This document shows, piece by piece, positions 18,501-27,670 of a stretch of DNA of 64,000 nt (position 1 is the first letter of the stretch; each line of letters starts with the position of its first letter). Under the pieces are notes generated by a model. That model did not search any database, was not told the DNA's origin, and saw only the letters and a program-made list of their open reading frames with translations. This DNA comes from Candidatus Nanoarchaeia archaeon (lineage in GTDB: Archaea > Nanobdellota > Nanobdellia > CSSed11-243R1): contig JAQTNH010000001.1 in the NCBI GenBank assembly GCA_028713895.1, positions 181,808 through 245,807 of the forward strand, given 5' to 3'. Made by a program: the position numbers and the translations under genes.

Positions 18501-21500
18501 TTTCTGGCTGCATATGGGGAGCAAACTGCAGCGCATGCGGACCAGGAGAAACCCCTGAGACAGACGGATGTTATGAAGCTGCACAGCTTTGCTTCCTGTT
18601 TGGTTCGCAGACAACAAACTTCAGCAATGTTGCAAATTTCTCGGATGTAAACTTTTCGGTTGAGATGCAGGTAAACATGTCATGCCTTGAAGAAGCTGGA
18701 GGAATTGTGACTGACATACCCATGCCGACTGGACACACAACAATGATGAAAGTGAATTTCAGCAGCATTGACTTCAACAGCCAGGAGACTGCTGGAAAAC
18801 TTGCACAGCTTCCAGAAAACCTCAACGTGTACATAAGCCCGGCAGGAACTTTCGGGGACTCGTACATTATGCTGAACTCAAGCTACTTTGAGATGCTGAA
18901 TGCTTCCGCAACAATCGTGTTCTATCACTTGCCATTCATATCAGCGCCGTATGTTTACGGAATTGGGGGCGCAGTGACTGCCACACCGACAATAACATGG
19001 GCGCCATTCAATGATGACTTGTGGGACGGACGACCTGCTGGAAACCTTACATTCAATGTAGGTGGGTTCTCAGGATACGAGATAACAGACTCAATAAAGC
19101 CGACAGTGGTGATTGATGCGCCGGCAGCAGGCACAAACCTGACTGTTAACACAACATGGCTTAACATGACTTTGAACGGGACAGGCACACAGATAAGCAA
19201 TGTGCTTGTGTATGATGGAGCAGTACTTAAATACAATTACACAGCAAATGAAAGCATGTGCCTGAATGTAACGCTCGGTTCAGAGCTGTTCTTCTGCAAC
19301 ATTTCGCTTACAGGGCTGGCAGACGGAACGCACACACTGACTGTCCAGGCATTTGACTTTGGCGGAAACGAATCGCCGGGAAACAACAACACCACAACGC
19401 GGGCATTTATAATTGACTCGAGTGCGCCAAACATCACGATAACAGCGCCTGTGTCAAATGCAGTGCTTAACGCAGCAATGCTTCCGTACAATATAACCGG
19501 AACAGCAGCTGACAATTATGTGGGCATATCAAATATAACGTGGTATATAGACAATGCTGAACAGGGCACAGTTGACATGTCGCCACTGCCATTGTGGTGG
19601 ACAAGCTGGAACCCCTCAGACGGAGTGTACAACATTACTGCGCAGTCATGCGACTATTTCAGCAACTGCGCAAATGCGACAGCAGTAACACTGATAACAG
19701 TTGATGCGCTAAAACCAAAAATCTCAATAACCTACCCGACAAACAACCTTAACATCTCGTCATCAACGCTGGTAGTGAACACAACGACAAACGAGACAAA
19801 CCCGAACAGGCTTCTTGTTTATGTCAACGGTGCATTAACAAACAACACAACATACTCAAGCGGGGAACAAAACAACACAATTGTGCTTACCCTTGCAGAC
19901 GGAACATATGTTGTGTATGCAACTGCAACAGATACGGCAGGAAACTCCAATACAACATCCAATTACACTGTAATGATAGACACGACTGCGCCGACACTGA
20001 ACATTATAACACCAACTAATAATTCATATCAAAACCGCAACAATACAATAGTTAACTGGACAGTGAACGATACAAACTACAACTACACTTACATTGAACT
20101 TTACAATTCAACAGACGACCTCGCAGCGAACGGCACAGTCCCGTATACGTTTGGGCCATACACTTATCCGAACTATATAGTAAATTGGACAGATGTGCCA
20201 GACGAGGTTTACAGGCTTGTATTAGTTGCATACGACATAGTGGCAAATAACAGGACAGAAACGGTTTATAATATTACAGTTGACACGACTGCGCCAAAGA
20301 TTGCGGTATCGTACCCGGCAAACAACAGCAACTCAACCAGCTCGACTGTGACAATAAATGTGACAACAAACGAAACAAATGCAAACTCAATGAAACTGTA
20401 TGTTGGTGGCTTGCTTGTCAACACGACAAGTTACACGGCAGGAAACAACAAGGTAAAAACATTCACTGTCAGCATGGCAGACGGCAACAGAACATTCTAT
20501 GCGAATGCAACAGATTTGGCTGGGAACTACAATGCAACAGGAACGTATTACATAATAGTTGACACGACTGCGCCGGCAATGAGCAGCATATTTGCTGATA
20601 CAATCACAAATGAAAGCGCAGACATACACGTGACAACAAACGAGATAGCAAATTGCTCTGTTGATTTCGGAACTGATACGTCATACGGCTCGGTTGCAAG
20701 CTCAGTAAGCGGAAGCGGAGCGCTAAGCCTCGCAATTCCAAGCGCAGCCCAGGGAACATTGTATTATTACAGATGGAACTGCACTGATGTCTACGGAACC
20801 AGCGGAGTAAGCGCAGGATACACGTTCACAACAGCGAACTACCAGACAGATACGATTGTCAACACAACAACCACAAACATGACATTCAACTTTACAGAGG
20901 ACGGAACCAATACGACAAATGCAGGCGTTGAGATTTCGCTCAATGAAACAATTGATGCGACTGTCAAAATTGCAAAGGGAATAGCCCCGACTGCAAATTT
21001 CAGCGCGTCCGGCATAACAGGACTTGGAACGTACTACACAATTGAGTCAGATGAAATCAACAGCACAAATGCCGAGTGGCTGATGATAAAGCTGTATTAT
21101 GAGGACTCGCAGGTGCCAATCGGGATAAATGAATCCACACTCAGGCTGTACTGGTACAACACAACAAGTTCAGCATGGGAAATCATAACACCTGGCGGAG
21201 TTGATACAGTAAACAACTATGTCTGGGGTAACACAACGCACTTCAGCGAGTACACAATCGCGGGAGCAGCAGACACAGAGGTAACAGCACCAACATCACC
21301 AGGCGGCTCAAGCGGAGGAATACCTTCTGCGGGACTGACTCATGAAGTCAATCTTGACGTGCAGGTGACATACACGCAGGCAGGAATGGCTGTGAAGGAC
21401 AAGATAAACTTCACTCTTAACGGAGAGAAGCACGTGCTAACCCTTTCGTCAATGATGATTGACCAGATTGTTGTTGACATAAGCTCGCTTTCGCAGAGAA

Positions 21501-21826
21501 TAACAGTGGACATGAACACGCCAAAAGCAGTTGACCTTGACGGAGACGGGATAAACGACCTTGAACTGAAACTGACAAAGATAATAGCTGGACGGGCGGA
21601 TTTGACGCTTACAAAGATTACAGCGACAGGAGCTGCAGCAGAGCCTGAAGAGGTTACAGTTGAAACGCCGGCAGAAGTTCCGACAGAAGAACCGCAGCCA
21701 ACAGTGACTGTAATCAGCGAAGAAATCAAGGCAGTTTCAGGCAACTACGGGATATACATTGTAGCTGCAATAGCCTTGCTGGGAATCATAGCAGTAACGT
21801 ATTACGTGTTCTTCAGAAAGAGGTAA
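15467..21826 (+). CDS. Giant cell-surface protein (2119 aa): signal/anchor N-terminus, parallel beta-helix (NosD/pectin-lyase-like) repeats, Ig-like repeats, fibronectin-III-like domain, Ca-binding DxDGDGxxD loop, C-terminal TM anchor
   Basis: Hydrophobic N-terminus. Beta-helix repeats are visible as NVINNT / NNTLNIN. About 5 tandem ~95-aa repeats end in DTTAP. The C-terminus is YIVAAIALLGIIAVTYYVFFRKR. The protein is full of N-x-S/T sequons. Confidence 0.9.
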   Translation: MNSKGESRLNLILNRFGASKASASLKIFLALIIFGIASAFLLGVVFATHSYSPAPATVPNWTSSCGNSDEGPGPGDAMINLTKNITLTATGNDTSYLNLTLLNSTSNYTIQDFLTFYPASTLSCLKSSDTLIECTNTTANVLAGTGMTVQFNTSVNRSRLCMANGLDMFYWNISTLDNETSFNSTILIDKFDSQSPMPSGMMITSTKYTNGSNWFVTSPYDLTVPTGTDGSGSGINTSSCVYTTNMSGMPTVWTAATYADPNCTKTGITIADGVLHQSSLAVSDIAGNRGGSGSLDIYGDALAPTITWNSLASAYKLGTIVTLNVTAADAGSGVNTSAFTFNVSCTGSSNGSLGALTCTPGLVPKSTECTQAWTAPDAVANCNITANATDALGQTNTSIANLNIDFGCGDNISYSTVLIHNITGCTSGALFINTSNLVLDCDGYAIDGYDVTESGIEISPGIENVTIQDCIIWGYTDTAGIVGNGLGSSDGNISIVSNTFYSNGQAILLNATSAGSNDYDINSNIIYNTTDASKDAIYVGSSGNIYIDHNEIYSAASTGISVRSSSGTISNNVINNTLTGYGISTNAFAGVIELNNVSYAERGINYFASGPIANITNNTLNINDYGLYISSSMDISVWHNNVYNNTMNVLSTSPIELSYSSEGNYWGHDGCPVFSAGIDSNSATVIDSYAYNTSSGWLTTTPAFCAPQIITFADVFSGFAYANIGIGESMAMPFVLDVYVNITNTTPAWVNLTGAGGSLCMESYAPNVMLSYEDLGDGPVFNAECTLNKTILATLGPQHNLTAVAYYVSSPAITNTQNFTLNSDFERPVMNFGWWDTTGGDGTPVKFVSPENMFNRQDIFFSPTDNAVRIRVNVTDNSVVSYVEANMTSLDSAMALTGGNCSGVVNLTGVGGNFWEYNCSLGGFNRTFIQDVLNGGTFSPVFEGQTDVQIAAHDVFGNPTAIAYNTSEITPVECVGYVEGQCMSLVTPIVIHDIEVMGPTSISAIHDQIEEFSGCIWGANCSACGPGETPETDGCYEAAQLCFLFGSQTTNFSNVANFSDVNFSVEMQVNMSCLEEAGGIVTDIPMPTGHTTMMKVNFSSIDFNSQETAGKLAQLPENLNVYISPAGTFGDSYIMLNSSYFEMLNASATIVFYHLPFISAPYVYGIGGAVTATPTITWAPFNDDLWDGRPAGNLTFNVGGFSGYEITDSIKPTVVIDAPAAGTNLTVNTTWLNMTLNGTGTQISNVLVYDGAVLKYNYTANESMCLNVTLGSELFFCNISLTGLADGTHTLTVQAFDFGGNESPGNNNTTTRAFIIDSSAPNITITAPVSNAVLNAAMLPYNITGTAADNYVGISNITWYIDNAEQGTVDMSPLPLWWTSWNPSDGVYNITAQSCDYFSNCANATAVTLITVDALKPKISITYPTNNLNISSSTLVVNTTTNETNPNRLLVYVNGALTNNTTYSSGEQNNTIVLTLADGTYVVYATATDTAGNSNTTSNYTVMIDTTAPTLNIITPTNNSYQNRNNTIVNWTVNDTNYNYTYIELYNSTDDLAANGTVPYTFGPYTYPNYIVNWTDVPDEVYRLVLVAYDIVANNRTETVYNITVDTTAPKIAVSYPANNSNSTSSTVTINVTTNETNANSMKLYVGGLLVNTTSYTAGNNKVKTFTVSMADGNRTFYANATDLAGNYNATGTYYIIVDTTAPAMSSIFADTITNESADIHVTTNEIANCSVDFGTDTSYGSVASSVSGSGALSLAIPSAAQGTLYYYRWNCTDVYGTSGVSAGYTFTTANYQTDTIVNTTTTNMTFNFTEDGTNTTNAGVEISLNETIDATVKIAKGIAPTANFSASGITGLGTYYTIESDEINSTNAEWLMIKLYYEDSQVPIGINESTLRLYWYNTTSSAWEIITPGGVDTVNNYVWGNTTHFSEYTIAGAADTEVTAPTSPGGSSGGIPSAGLTHEVNLDVQVTYTQAGMAVKDKINFTLNGEKHVLTLSSMMIDQIVVDISSLSQRITVDMNTPKAVDLDGDGINDLELKLTKIIAGRADLTLTKITATGAAAEPEEVTVETPAEVPTEEPQPTVTVISEEIKAVSGNYGIYIVAAIALLGIIAVTYYVFFRKR
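19090..20570 (+). repeat. About 5 tandem ~285-nt (95-aa) Ig-like domain repeats inside giant gene 1
   Basis: Repeating (D)TTAP linker followed by V/I-rich beta strands, e.g. PKISITYP..., PTLNIITP..., PKIAVSYP... Confidence 0.6.
20840..21640. repeat. Copy 1 of an ~800-bp duplicated C-terminal module
   Basis: About 90-95% identical to 26628..27420. It encodes TANYQTDTIVNTTTTNMTFNF...LRLYWYN...VDLDGDGINDLELKLTKI. Confidence 0.85.
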
Positions 21827-21862
21827 GCCTCCTTTCTTTTTTATTTTTTTATTATTTTCACT
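21827..21862 (+). terminator. Oligo-T tract (archaeal-type terminator) after giant gene 1
   Basis: TCCTTTCTTTTTTATTTTTTTATTATTTTCAC directly follows the stop codon. Confidence 0.4.
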
Positions 21863-22054
21863 CTAATAAAGTTTAAAAGGGAGCATGCTCTATTCTAAAG
21901 ACAGGGAAATGTTGATGGTTGAGGTGGAAAAATGAATTCTAAGGGAGAGAGCAGACTAAATTTGATTCTAAACAGGTTCGGAGCGTCAAAAGCATCCGCA
22001 TCACTGAAGATTTTCCTCGCACTCATCATTTTCGGCATAGCGTCAGCTTTCCTC
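21856..22054. repeat. Copy 2 of the duplicated promoter plus signal-peptide module
   Basis: See 15390..15589. The TATA box is at 21872..21878. Confidence 0.9.
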
Positions 22055-25000
22055 ATCTATGGAGTTTATGCCATAGACTTAAGGCACATCAGCGATGGCA
22101 ATGCAATCGCAGCAGATAACGAGACAATCGAAATTCCTGCGGAAGAAATTGCAGCCGAAGTTTCAGAAGCCACAGCACTTCCTGAAAAGCCCCAGGCAGT
22201 ATTTGCTGACAGGCCGGGTTTAACGCCGAAAGAAAAAGATATCAATGCAAAAAACACATTTGAAAGAAAATTTCCGTCTTTAGCTAACGAGTATATCCTG
22301 TTCCTTAAAAGCCCGATGAAGGTTGAAGGGCCATCCATTGCGTCTGTAACAAATTCAGAACAGCTGCAGAAAACAATGTCTGACAGGGGAATCAAGACGT
22401 ATAATACAATACCTGAACTCAATGCAATCATTGCCTATGTGCCTGATTCGCAAATTGACTCAGTAAATAGGATTCCTGGAGTGGAAAATGCTGAGCCCAT
22501 CAAATATTTTCATTCCCTGCTTAATGTAAGCATACCCACAATAAATGCGGATGATGTATGGGATTTGGGATACAATGGCACAGGCGTTGATGTCTGCATA
22601 ATTGACACGGGCGTTGACAAGTGGCATCCAAGCATCAAGCAGGCAACCGCGTCTGCAGATTTCACAACACACGACTGGTGCATTGACCTGGGCTTACAGA
22701 ATCATGGCTATGACGAGGGAGTATTCCAGTCAGTTGTCGGCTCAAACAGACAGTTTAACATGTCGCTGAATGTAACAAACTCAACAATGAACTGGCTTGA
22801 AGTCGGAGTGACATCTTATTACAACGGCAACTGGAGCGGTGATGAGCAAAGGTATGACATGACAATCTTTTGGCCAAATAACACAAAAATAAATGACACA
22901 AATTCCATTCCAAATGCAAATATGCGCATTGACGATGACTTAAATTATTGGGCGGTTCTGAACCTTTCAATCGGCAGTGTAACCGGGCTTTATACAATCC
23001 AAATAGATGAGACAAACATCGGAACCAGCATGGATTACCCGCTTGTTATTTGGGGCTCAAATGTAACATGGCTGTACACTAACTTTTACGAATACAGCGG
23101 TTACATCTGCGATACATTTAACACAACATACTCAAATTTTAATCCATACGAATCAACTGACAGCGTCTTTAAGGACAGGCGCGCATTCAACAACATTGTT
23201 GCAAATGATGACGCTGGACACGGGACTCATGTAGCAGGAACAGTAGCAAGCAACAACACAACTTATGAAGGAGTTGCGCCCGGCGCAAACTTGTATATTG
23301 CAAAAGCTCTTGACATGTACGGGATGGGTACAACACCAGGAGTTATAGACGCAATACTCTGGTGCCAGAGCAAAGATGTTGATTTAATAAGCATGAGCCT
23401 TGGAGGAGCTGCAGGACAGGGATGCAATGATTCTGAAGTTGTAATTTTGGACTCTGTGGTTGCAGACAATATGCTCCCAATTATTGCCGCGGGCAATGAA
23501 GGAGAACATGGCGCAGTTACAATAGGCTCGCCCGGCTGTGCAAGAAATGTTTTGACAATCGGCGCAGTTAATGACAGCGATGTTATAGCATGGTTCTCAA
23601 GCCAGGGGCCGACAAACGACACAATGCCACGAATAAAACCTGAAGTTGTTGCGCCTGGTGTAGCAATCTATTCAACAATACCAACAGGCAGATGGGACAA
23701 TATGCAGGGGACATCAATGGCAACACCGCATGTTGCGGGTTTGGCTGCCCTGATCAGGCAGGCGCATCCAACATGGACGCCTGGACAGATTAAAGCGGCA
23801 ATCATAAATTCCGCCAACCAGACAAAAGTTGGGTTTGGAGCGCATAATACTACATATGGATATGGAAGAGTTGATGCACTTGAAGCAGTCAATGACACGT
23901 GGGTGGCATCAATAAATATGACAAACGACACAATAGACAGCACTTTAAAAATGAATCTTACAGCTGCAAAAAACCTGAAGGTAACAATATACTGGGAGGA
24001 AAACGCATCAGACAGCCACAGCAGGATATATCTTAACCTGACAAACAGCAGCGGTGATATTGAGGACGAATCAAGTGACAGAAATGAAACAATACAGCTG
24101 GCTGCAGTAGCTTCAGCAGCAGCTGGCGAATACCACATAAGAGTAATCGGGGACCATGTACACGGTACAAAGATTGTCTGGATTGCAACAAATGTACCTT
24201 TATCCGAATCTATACCTCCTGTGCTGACGATTGTTTCGCCGCAGAACGCAACTTACGGAGCGTCTGTTGAGTTCAATGTTTCCACAAACGAGGCAGCAAG
24301 CTTATGCGTTTCCAGCCTGGACGGGGCAGCAAATGTCTCGATGGGCAACACTTCGTTAACTGCATGGAACTACACAAGCTCAGGCATGACAAGCGGCCTG
24401 CACAATGTAACGTTCTACTGCAATGACACTTCAGGAAACTGGAACCTTACACCTGTACGCTATTTCACATCTGACATCAGTGCGCCGGTTGTAACAATAA
24501 TATCACCGCAGGACACAACTTACGGAAAGACAGTTGCATTCAATGTTTCCACAAGTGAAGCGGCAGCGTGGTGCAACATCACAATGGATGGAATTGTAAA
24601 CATTTCGATGAGCAACACTTCAGCAACGTCATGGGCATACACAAATTCCAGCATGATAGACGGAGGGCACAATGTGACTTTCAGGTGCAATGATTTGTAC
24701 AACAACACAGGCACAAATCTGACCAATTTCACAGTTGATGCGGTTGAACCTTTGATAACAATTGTTGTGCCACAAAACACAACTTATGGAATCAACGTCA
24801 CATTTAACATAACCACAAATGAAGCAGCGTCAGCCTGTAATTTCAGCCTGGACGGGGCTGCAAATGTCTCAATGACAAATATTTCAACAACTGCGTGGGG
24901 ATACTTTAAGACAAACATGGCTGAGGTGCTGCATAACCTAAAGTTTTACTGCACTGACCTGTACGGCAACACAAATATAAGCGCCACTGTGTACTTTTCA

Positions 25001-27601
25001 GTCAACACGAGCTTCTTAGCAACAATAACATATCCTGCAAACCAGCCGTATAATACTGTAAACATGACTGCCAATGTCTCCACAACTGCAAATGCAGATG
25101 TGTGCCTGATAAGCATTGACGGCGGAGCAAATGCTTCGATGGGCAATTCAACTCCAACAGCATGGAACTACAGCATGATAGACTTGTCAGAAGACGTACA
25201 CAATCTCAGCGTGTGGTGCAATAACAGCGGCGGAACCCTTGCAACAACAGCAACAGGCTCATTCACAATTGATTTGACAGAACCGATGATAACGATGGTT
25301 GCGCCCGGAAACACAACGTACGGCACAACTGTGGTATTCAATGCAACAACAAATGAAGCAGCGTCATGGTGCAACTTCAGCCTGGACGAAACGACAAATG
25401 TGAGCATGACCGGAGCTGCAGCTTCATGGGCATACACAAATTCAAGCATGACAAATGGAGGGCACAATGTGACTTTCTACTGCAGCGACTTGGCAGGGAA
25501 CGCCAACAACAGCGCAATAAGAATTTTCACAGTTGATGCGATTTTACCTGTGATAACAATAAATTCCCCTGCAAATACGACATACAATACAACCACGACT
25601 TTGTTTAATGTTACAGCAAACGAAAATGCTTCATGGTGCAGGTATAGCCTGGACGGGGCTGCAAATGTCTCAATGACCAACAGCTCGATGACATCATGGT
25701 TTAACTCCACCACTGTAGCAGAGAACAACCATAATGTTGTGTTCTACTGCAGCGATGTTTACAGCAACATCAATTCTACAACTGCGCTGTACTTCATCAC
25801 AGACACAACAAAGCCGGTGATAGCAATAGTCTCGCCAGGCAACACAACGTACGCCAACACAACAATCTGGTTCAACATAACAGTAACAGAAACGCGCCCG
25901 GACAACTGCGTCTACAGCCTGGACGAAGCAGCAAATGCGACAATGACAAGGAGCGGAAGCGCATGGAATGCTTCAAAGAATGACTTTAGCGGAGAAACAC
26001 AGCACAACATAACATATTACTGCAATGATACAGCCGGAAATGTGAATGGCAGCGCAATGAGATACTTTGTAGTTGATACTGTCGCGCCGCGCGTTACGAT
26101 ACTCTTGCCGCTGAATAACACAAAATTCAATAACCAATATGTCAATTTCAGCGTAAATGCGTCTGACGCCAACATTTTACAGCTCAAGATGATAGAAGAC
26201 AATTATGTAGCGCAGACAGTGAATCTTTCCAGCTCAGGAATAACTAATGTAACACTGGACATCGGCCCTGGAACGCATGTAATAAAAGCGAATGTCACGG
26301 ACAGCGCAGGAAATTACAATTTAACTGACAGCACCATAGTTTTGATGGATACCATAGCGCCGGTAATGTCAGGCATCAGCGAAGAAGACATAAATGACAC
26401 CTGGGTAACGTGGCTGGTAACAACAGATGAAAATGCAACCTGTTTTGTAGAGTATGGCACCGACACAGGATATGGAAGCACAACAGGGAGTTCAACTGGA
26501 GAAGGTTCGCATGAACATACTTTAGCTGGGATTGATGCAGCAACGCTTTACCACTACAGATGGAACTGCACTGATACATACAACAACAGCGCAGTAAGCA
26601 GCGATTACACATTCATAACAGCAAACCACCAGACAGATACGATTGTCAACACAACAACAACAAACATGACATTCAATTTCACAGAGGACGGAACAAATGT
26701 AACAAGTGCAAAGATTGAGATTTCGCTCAATGAAACAATTGATGCGACTGTCAAAGTTACAAAAGAAATCACTCCGACTGCAAATTTCAGCGTGTCCGGC
26801 ATAACCTTGATTGGAACGTACTACACAATTGAGTCAGATGAGATTAACTCGACAAATGCCGAGTGGCTGATGATAAAGCTGTACTATGAAGACTCGCAGG
26901 TGCCAATCGGGATAAATGAATCCACATTAAGACTGTACTGGTACAACGCAACAAGTTCAGCATGGGAATTGGTTACTCCTGGCGGGGTTGACACAGGGAA
27001 CAACTATGTATGGGGCAACACAACGCACTTCAGCGAATATGCAATCGGTGGAGCAGCAGACACAGAGGAAGTAACACCAACATCACCAGGCGGCTCAAGC
27101 GGAGGAATACCTTCTGCGGGACTGACTCATGAAGTCAATCTTGACGTGCAGGTGACATACACGCAGGCAGGAATGGCTGTACGGGATATGATAAACTTCA
27201 CTTTGAACAGAGAGAAGCACGTGCTAACCCTCACTTCAATGATGCTGGATCAGGTTGTAGTTGACATAAGTTCGCTTTCGCAGAGAATAACAGTGGACAT
27301 GAACACGCCAAAAGCAGTTGACCTTGATGGAGACGGGATAAACGACCTTGAACTGAAACTGACAAAGATAATATCTGGACGGGCTGATTTGACGCTTACA
27401 AAGATTACAGCGACAGGAGAAACAGCAACACCTGAAACAGCTGCAACTCAAGCGCCTGCAGAGGCACCAGCAGAGGTTTCTACAGAGCAGCCAACAGGAA
27501 TCCAGGCGGTTTCAAGCAACTACGGAGTATACATTGTAGCTGCAATCGCACTGGCAGGGCTTGGAGTATTGATATATTACGTGTTCTTCAGAAAGAGGTA
27601 A
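21932..27601 (+). CDS. Giant surface-anchored S8 (subtilisin-like) serine peptidase (1889 aa) with about 8 Ig-like repeats and a shared C-terminal module plus TM anchor
   Basis: S8 catalytic triad: Asp in VCIIDTGVD, His in HGTHVAGTVAS, Ser in GTSMATPHVAGLAALI. The N-terminus is identical to gene 1. Eight ~95-aa repeats each carry a conserved Cys pair. The protein is dense in sequons. The C-terminal anchor is IVAAIALAGLGVLIYYVFFRKR. Confidence 0.9.
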   Translation: MNSKGESRLNLILNRFGASKASASLKIFLALIIFGIASAFLIYGVYAIDLRHISDGNAIAADNETIEIPAEEIAAEVSEATALPEKPQAVFADRPGLTPKEKDINAKNTFERKFPSLANEYILFLKSPMKVEGPSIASVTNSEQLQKTMSDRGIKTYNTIPELNAIIAYVPDSQIDSVNRIPGVENAEPIKYFHSLLNVSIPTINADDVWDLGYNGTGVDVCIIDTGVDKWHPSIKQATASADFTTHDWCIDLGLQNHGYDEGVFQSVVGSNRQFNMSLNVTNSTMNWLEVGVTSYYNGNWSGDEQRYDMTIFWPNNTKINDTNSIPNANMRIDDDLNYWAVLNLSIGSVTGLYTIQIDETNIGTSMDYPLVIWGSNVTWLYTNFYEYSGYICDTFNTTYSNFNPYESTDSVFKDRRAFNNIVANDDAGHGTHVAGTVASNNTTYEGVAPGANLYIAKALDMYGMGTTPGVIDAILWCQSKDVDLISMSLGGAAGQGCNDSEVVILDSVVADNMLPIIAAGNEGEHGAVTIGSPGCARNVLTIGAVNDSDVIAWFSSQGPTNDTMPRIKPEVVAPGVAIYSTIPTGRWDNMQGTSMATPHVAGLAALIRQAHPTWTPGQIKAAIINSANQTKVGFGAHNTTYGYGRVDALEAVNDTWVASINMTNDTIDSTLKMNLTAAKNLKVTIYWEENASDSHSRIYLNLTNSSGDIEDESSDRNETIQLAAVASAAAGEYHIRVIGDHVHGTKIVWIATNVPLSESIPPVLTIVSPQNATYGASVEFNVSTNEAASLCVSSLDGAANVSMGNTSLTAWNYTSSGMTSGLHNVTFYCNDTSGNWNLTPVRYFTSDISAPVVTIISPQDTTYGKTVAFNVSTSEAAAWCNITMDGIVNISMSNTSATSWAYTNSSMIDGGHNVTFRCNDLYNNTGTNLTNFTVDAVEPLITIVVPQNTTYGINVTFNITTNEAASACNFSLDGAANVSMTNISTTAWGYFKTNMAEVLHNLKFYCTDLYGNTNISATVYFSVNTSFLATITYPANQPYNTVNMTANVSTTANADVCLISIDGGANASMGNSTPTAWNYSMIDLSEDVHNLSVWCNNSGGTLATTATGSFTIDLTEPMITMVAPGNTTYGTTVVFNATTNEAASWCNFSLDETTNVSMTGAAASWAYTNSSMTNGGHNVTFYCSDLAGNANNSAIRIFTVDAILPVITINSPANTTYNTTTTLFNVTANENASWCRYSLDGAANVSMTNSSMTSWFNSTTVAENNHNVVFYCSDVYSNINSTTALYFITDTTKPVIAIVSPGNTTYANTTIWFNITVTETRPDNCVYSLDEAANATMTRSGSAWNASKNDFSGETQHNITYYCNDTAGNVNGSAMRYFVVDTVAPRVTILLPLNNTKFNNQYVNFSVNASDANILQLKMIEDNYVAQTVNLSSSGITNVTLDIGPGTHVIKANVTDSAGNYNLTDSTIVLMDTIAPVMSGISEEDINDTWVTWLVTTDENATCFVEYGTDTGYGSTTGSSTGEGSHEHTLAGIDAATLYHYRWNCTDTYNNSAVSSDYTFITANHQTDTIVNTTTTNMTFNFTEDGTNVTSAKIEISLNETIDATVKVTKEITPTANFSVSGITLIGTYYTIESDEINSTNAEWLMIKLYYEDSQVPIGINESTLRLYWYNATSSAWELVTPGGVDTGNNYVWGNTTHFSEYAIGGAADTEEVTPTSPGGSSGGIPSAGLTHEVNLDVQVTYTQAGMAVRDMINFTLNREKHVLTLTSMMLDQVVVDISSLSQRITVDMNTPKAVDLDGDGINDLELKLTKIISGRADLTLTKITATGETATPETAATQAPAEAPAEVSTEQPTGIQAVSSNYGVYIVAAIALAGLGVLIYYVFFRKR
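24210..26350 (+). repeat. About 8 tandem ~270-290-nt Ig-like repeats, each with 2 conserved Cys, inside giant gene 2
   Basis: Repeating pattern P(V/L)(I/V)T(I/M)VSPxNTTYG...NV(S/T)TNEAA(S/A)xC...SLDGAANVSM...HNVTFYC(N/S)D... Confidence 0.7.
26628..27420. repeat. Copy 2 of the duplicated C-terminal module
   Basis: See 20840..21640. Confidence 0.85.
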
Positions 27602-27640
27602 AACCTCCTTTCTTTTTTATTTTATTTTTATTGCAAAATA
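27602..27640 (+). terminator. Oligo-T tract after giant gene 2
   Basis: AACCTCCTTTCTTTTTTATTTTATTTTTATTG. The same sequence follows gene 1. Confidence 0.4.
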
Positions 27641-27670
27641 TTTATAATGCCACCTAAATTAGTTCTTGGC

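Noticed and set aside
15973-21744. Numerous 60-210-aa antisense ORFs inside the giant genes (for example 16357..16878 -, 17884..18513 -, 23668..24138 -)
   Set aside because: They are embedded antisense in clearly coding, domain-rich genes. Their composition is driven by codon bias on the sense strand.
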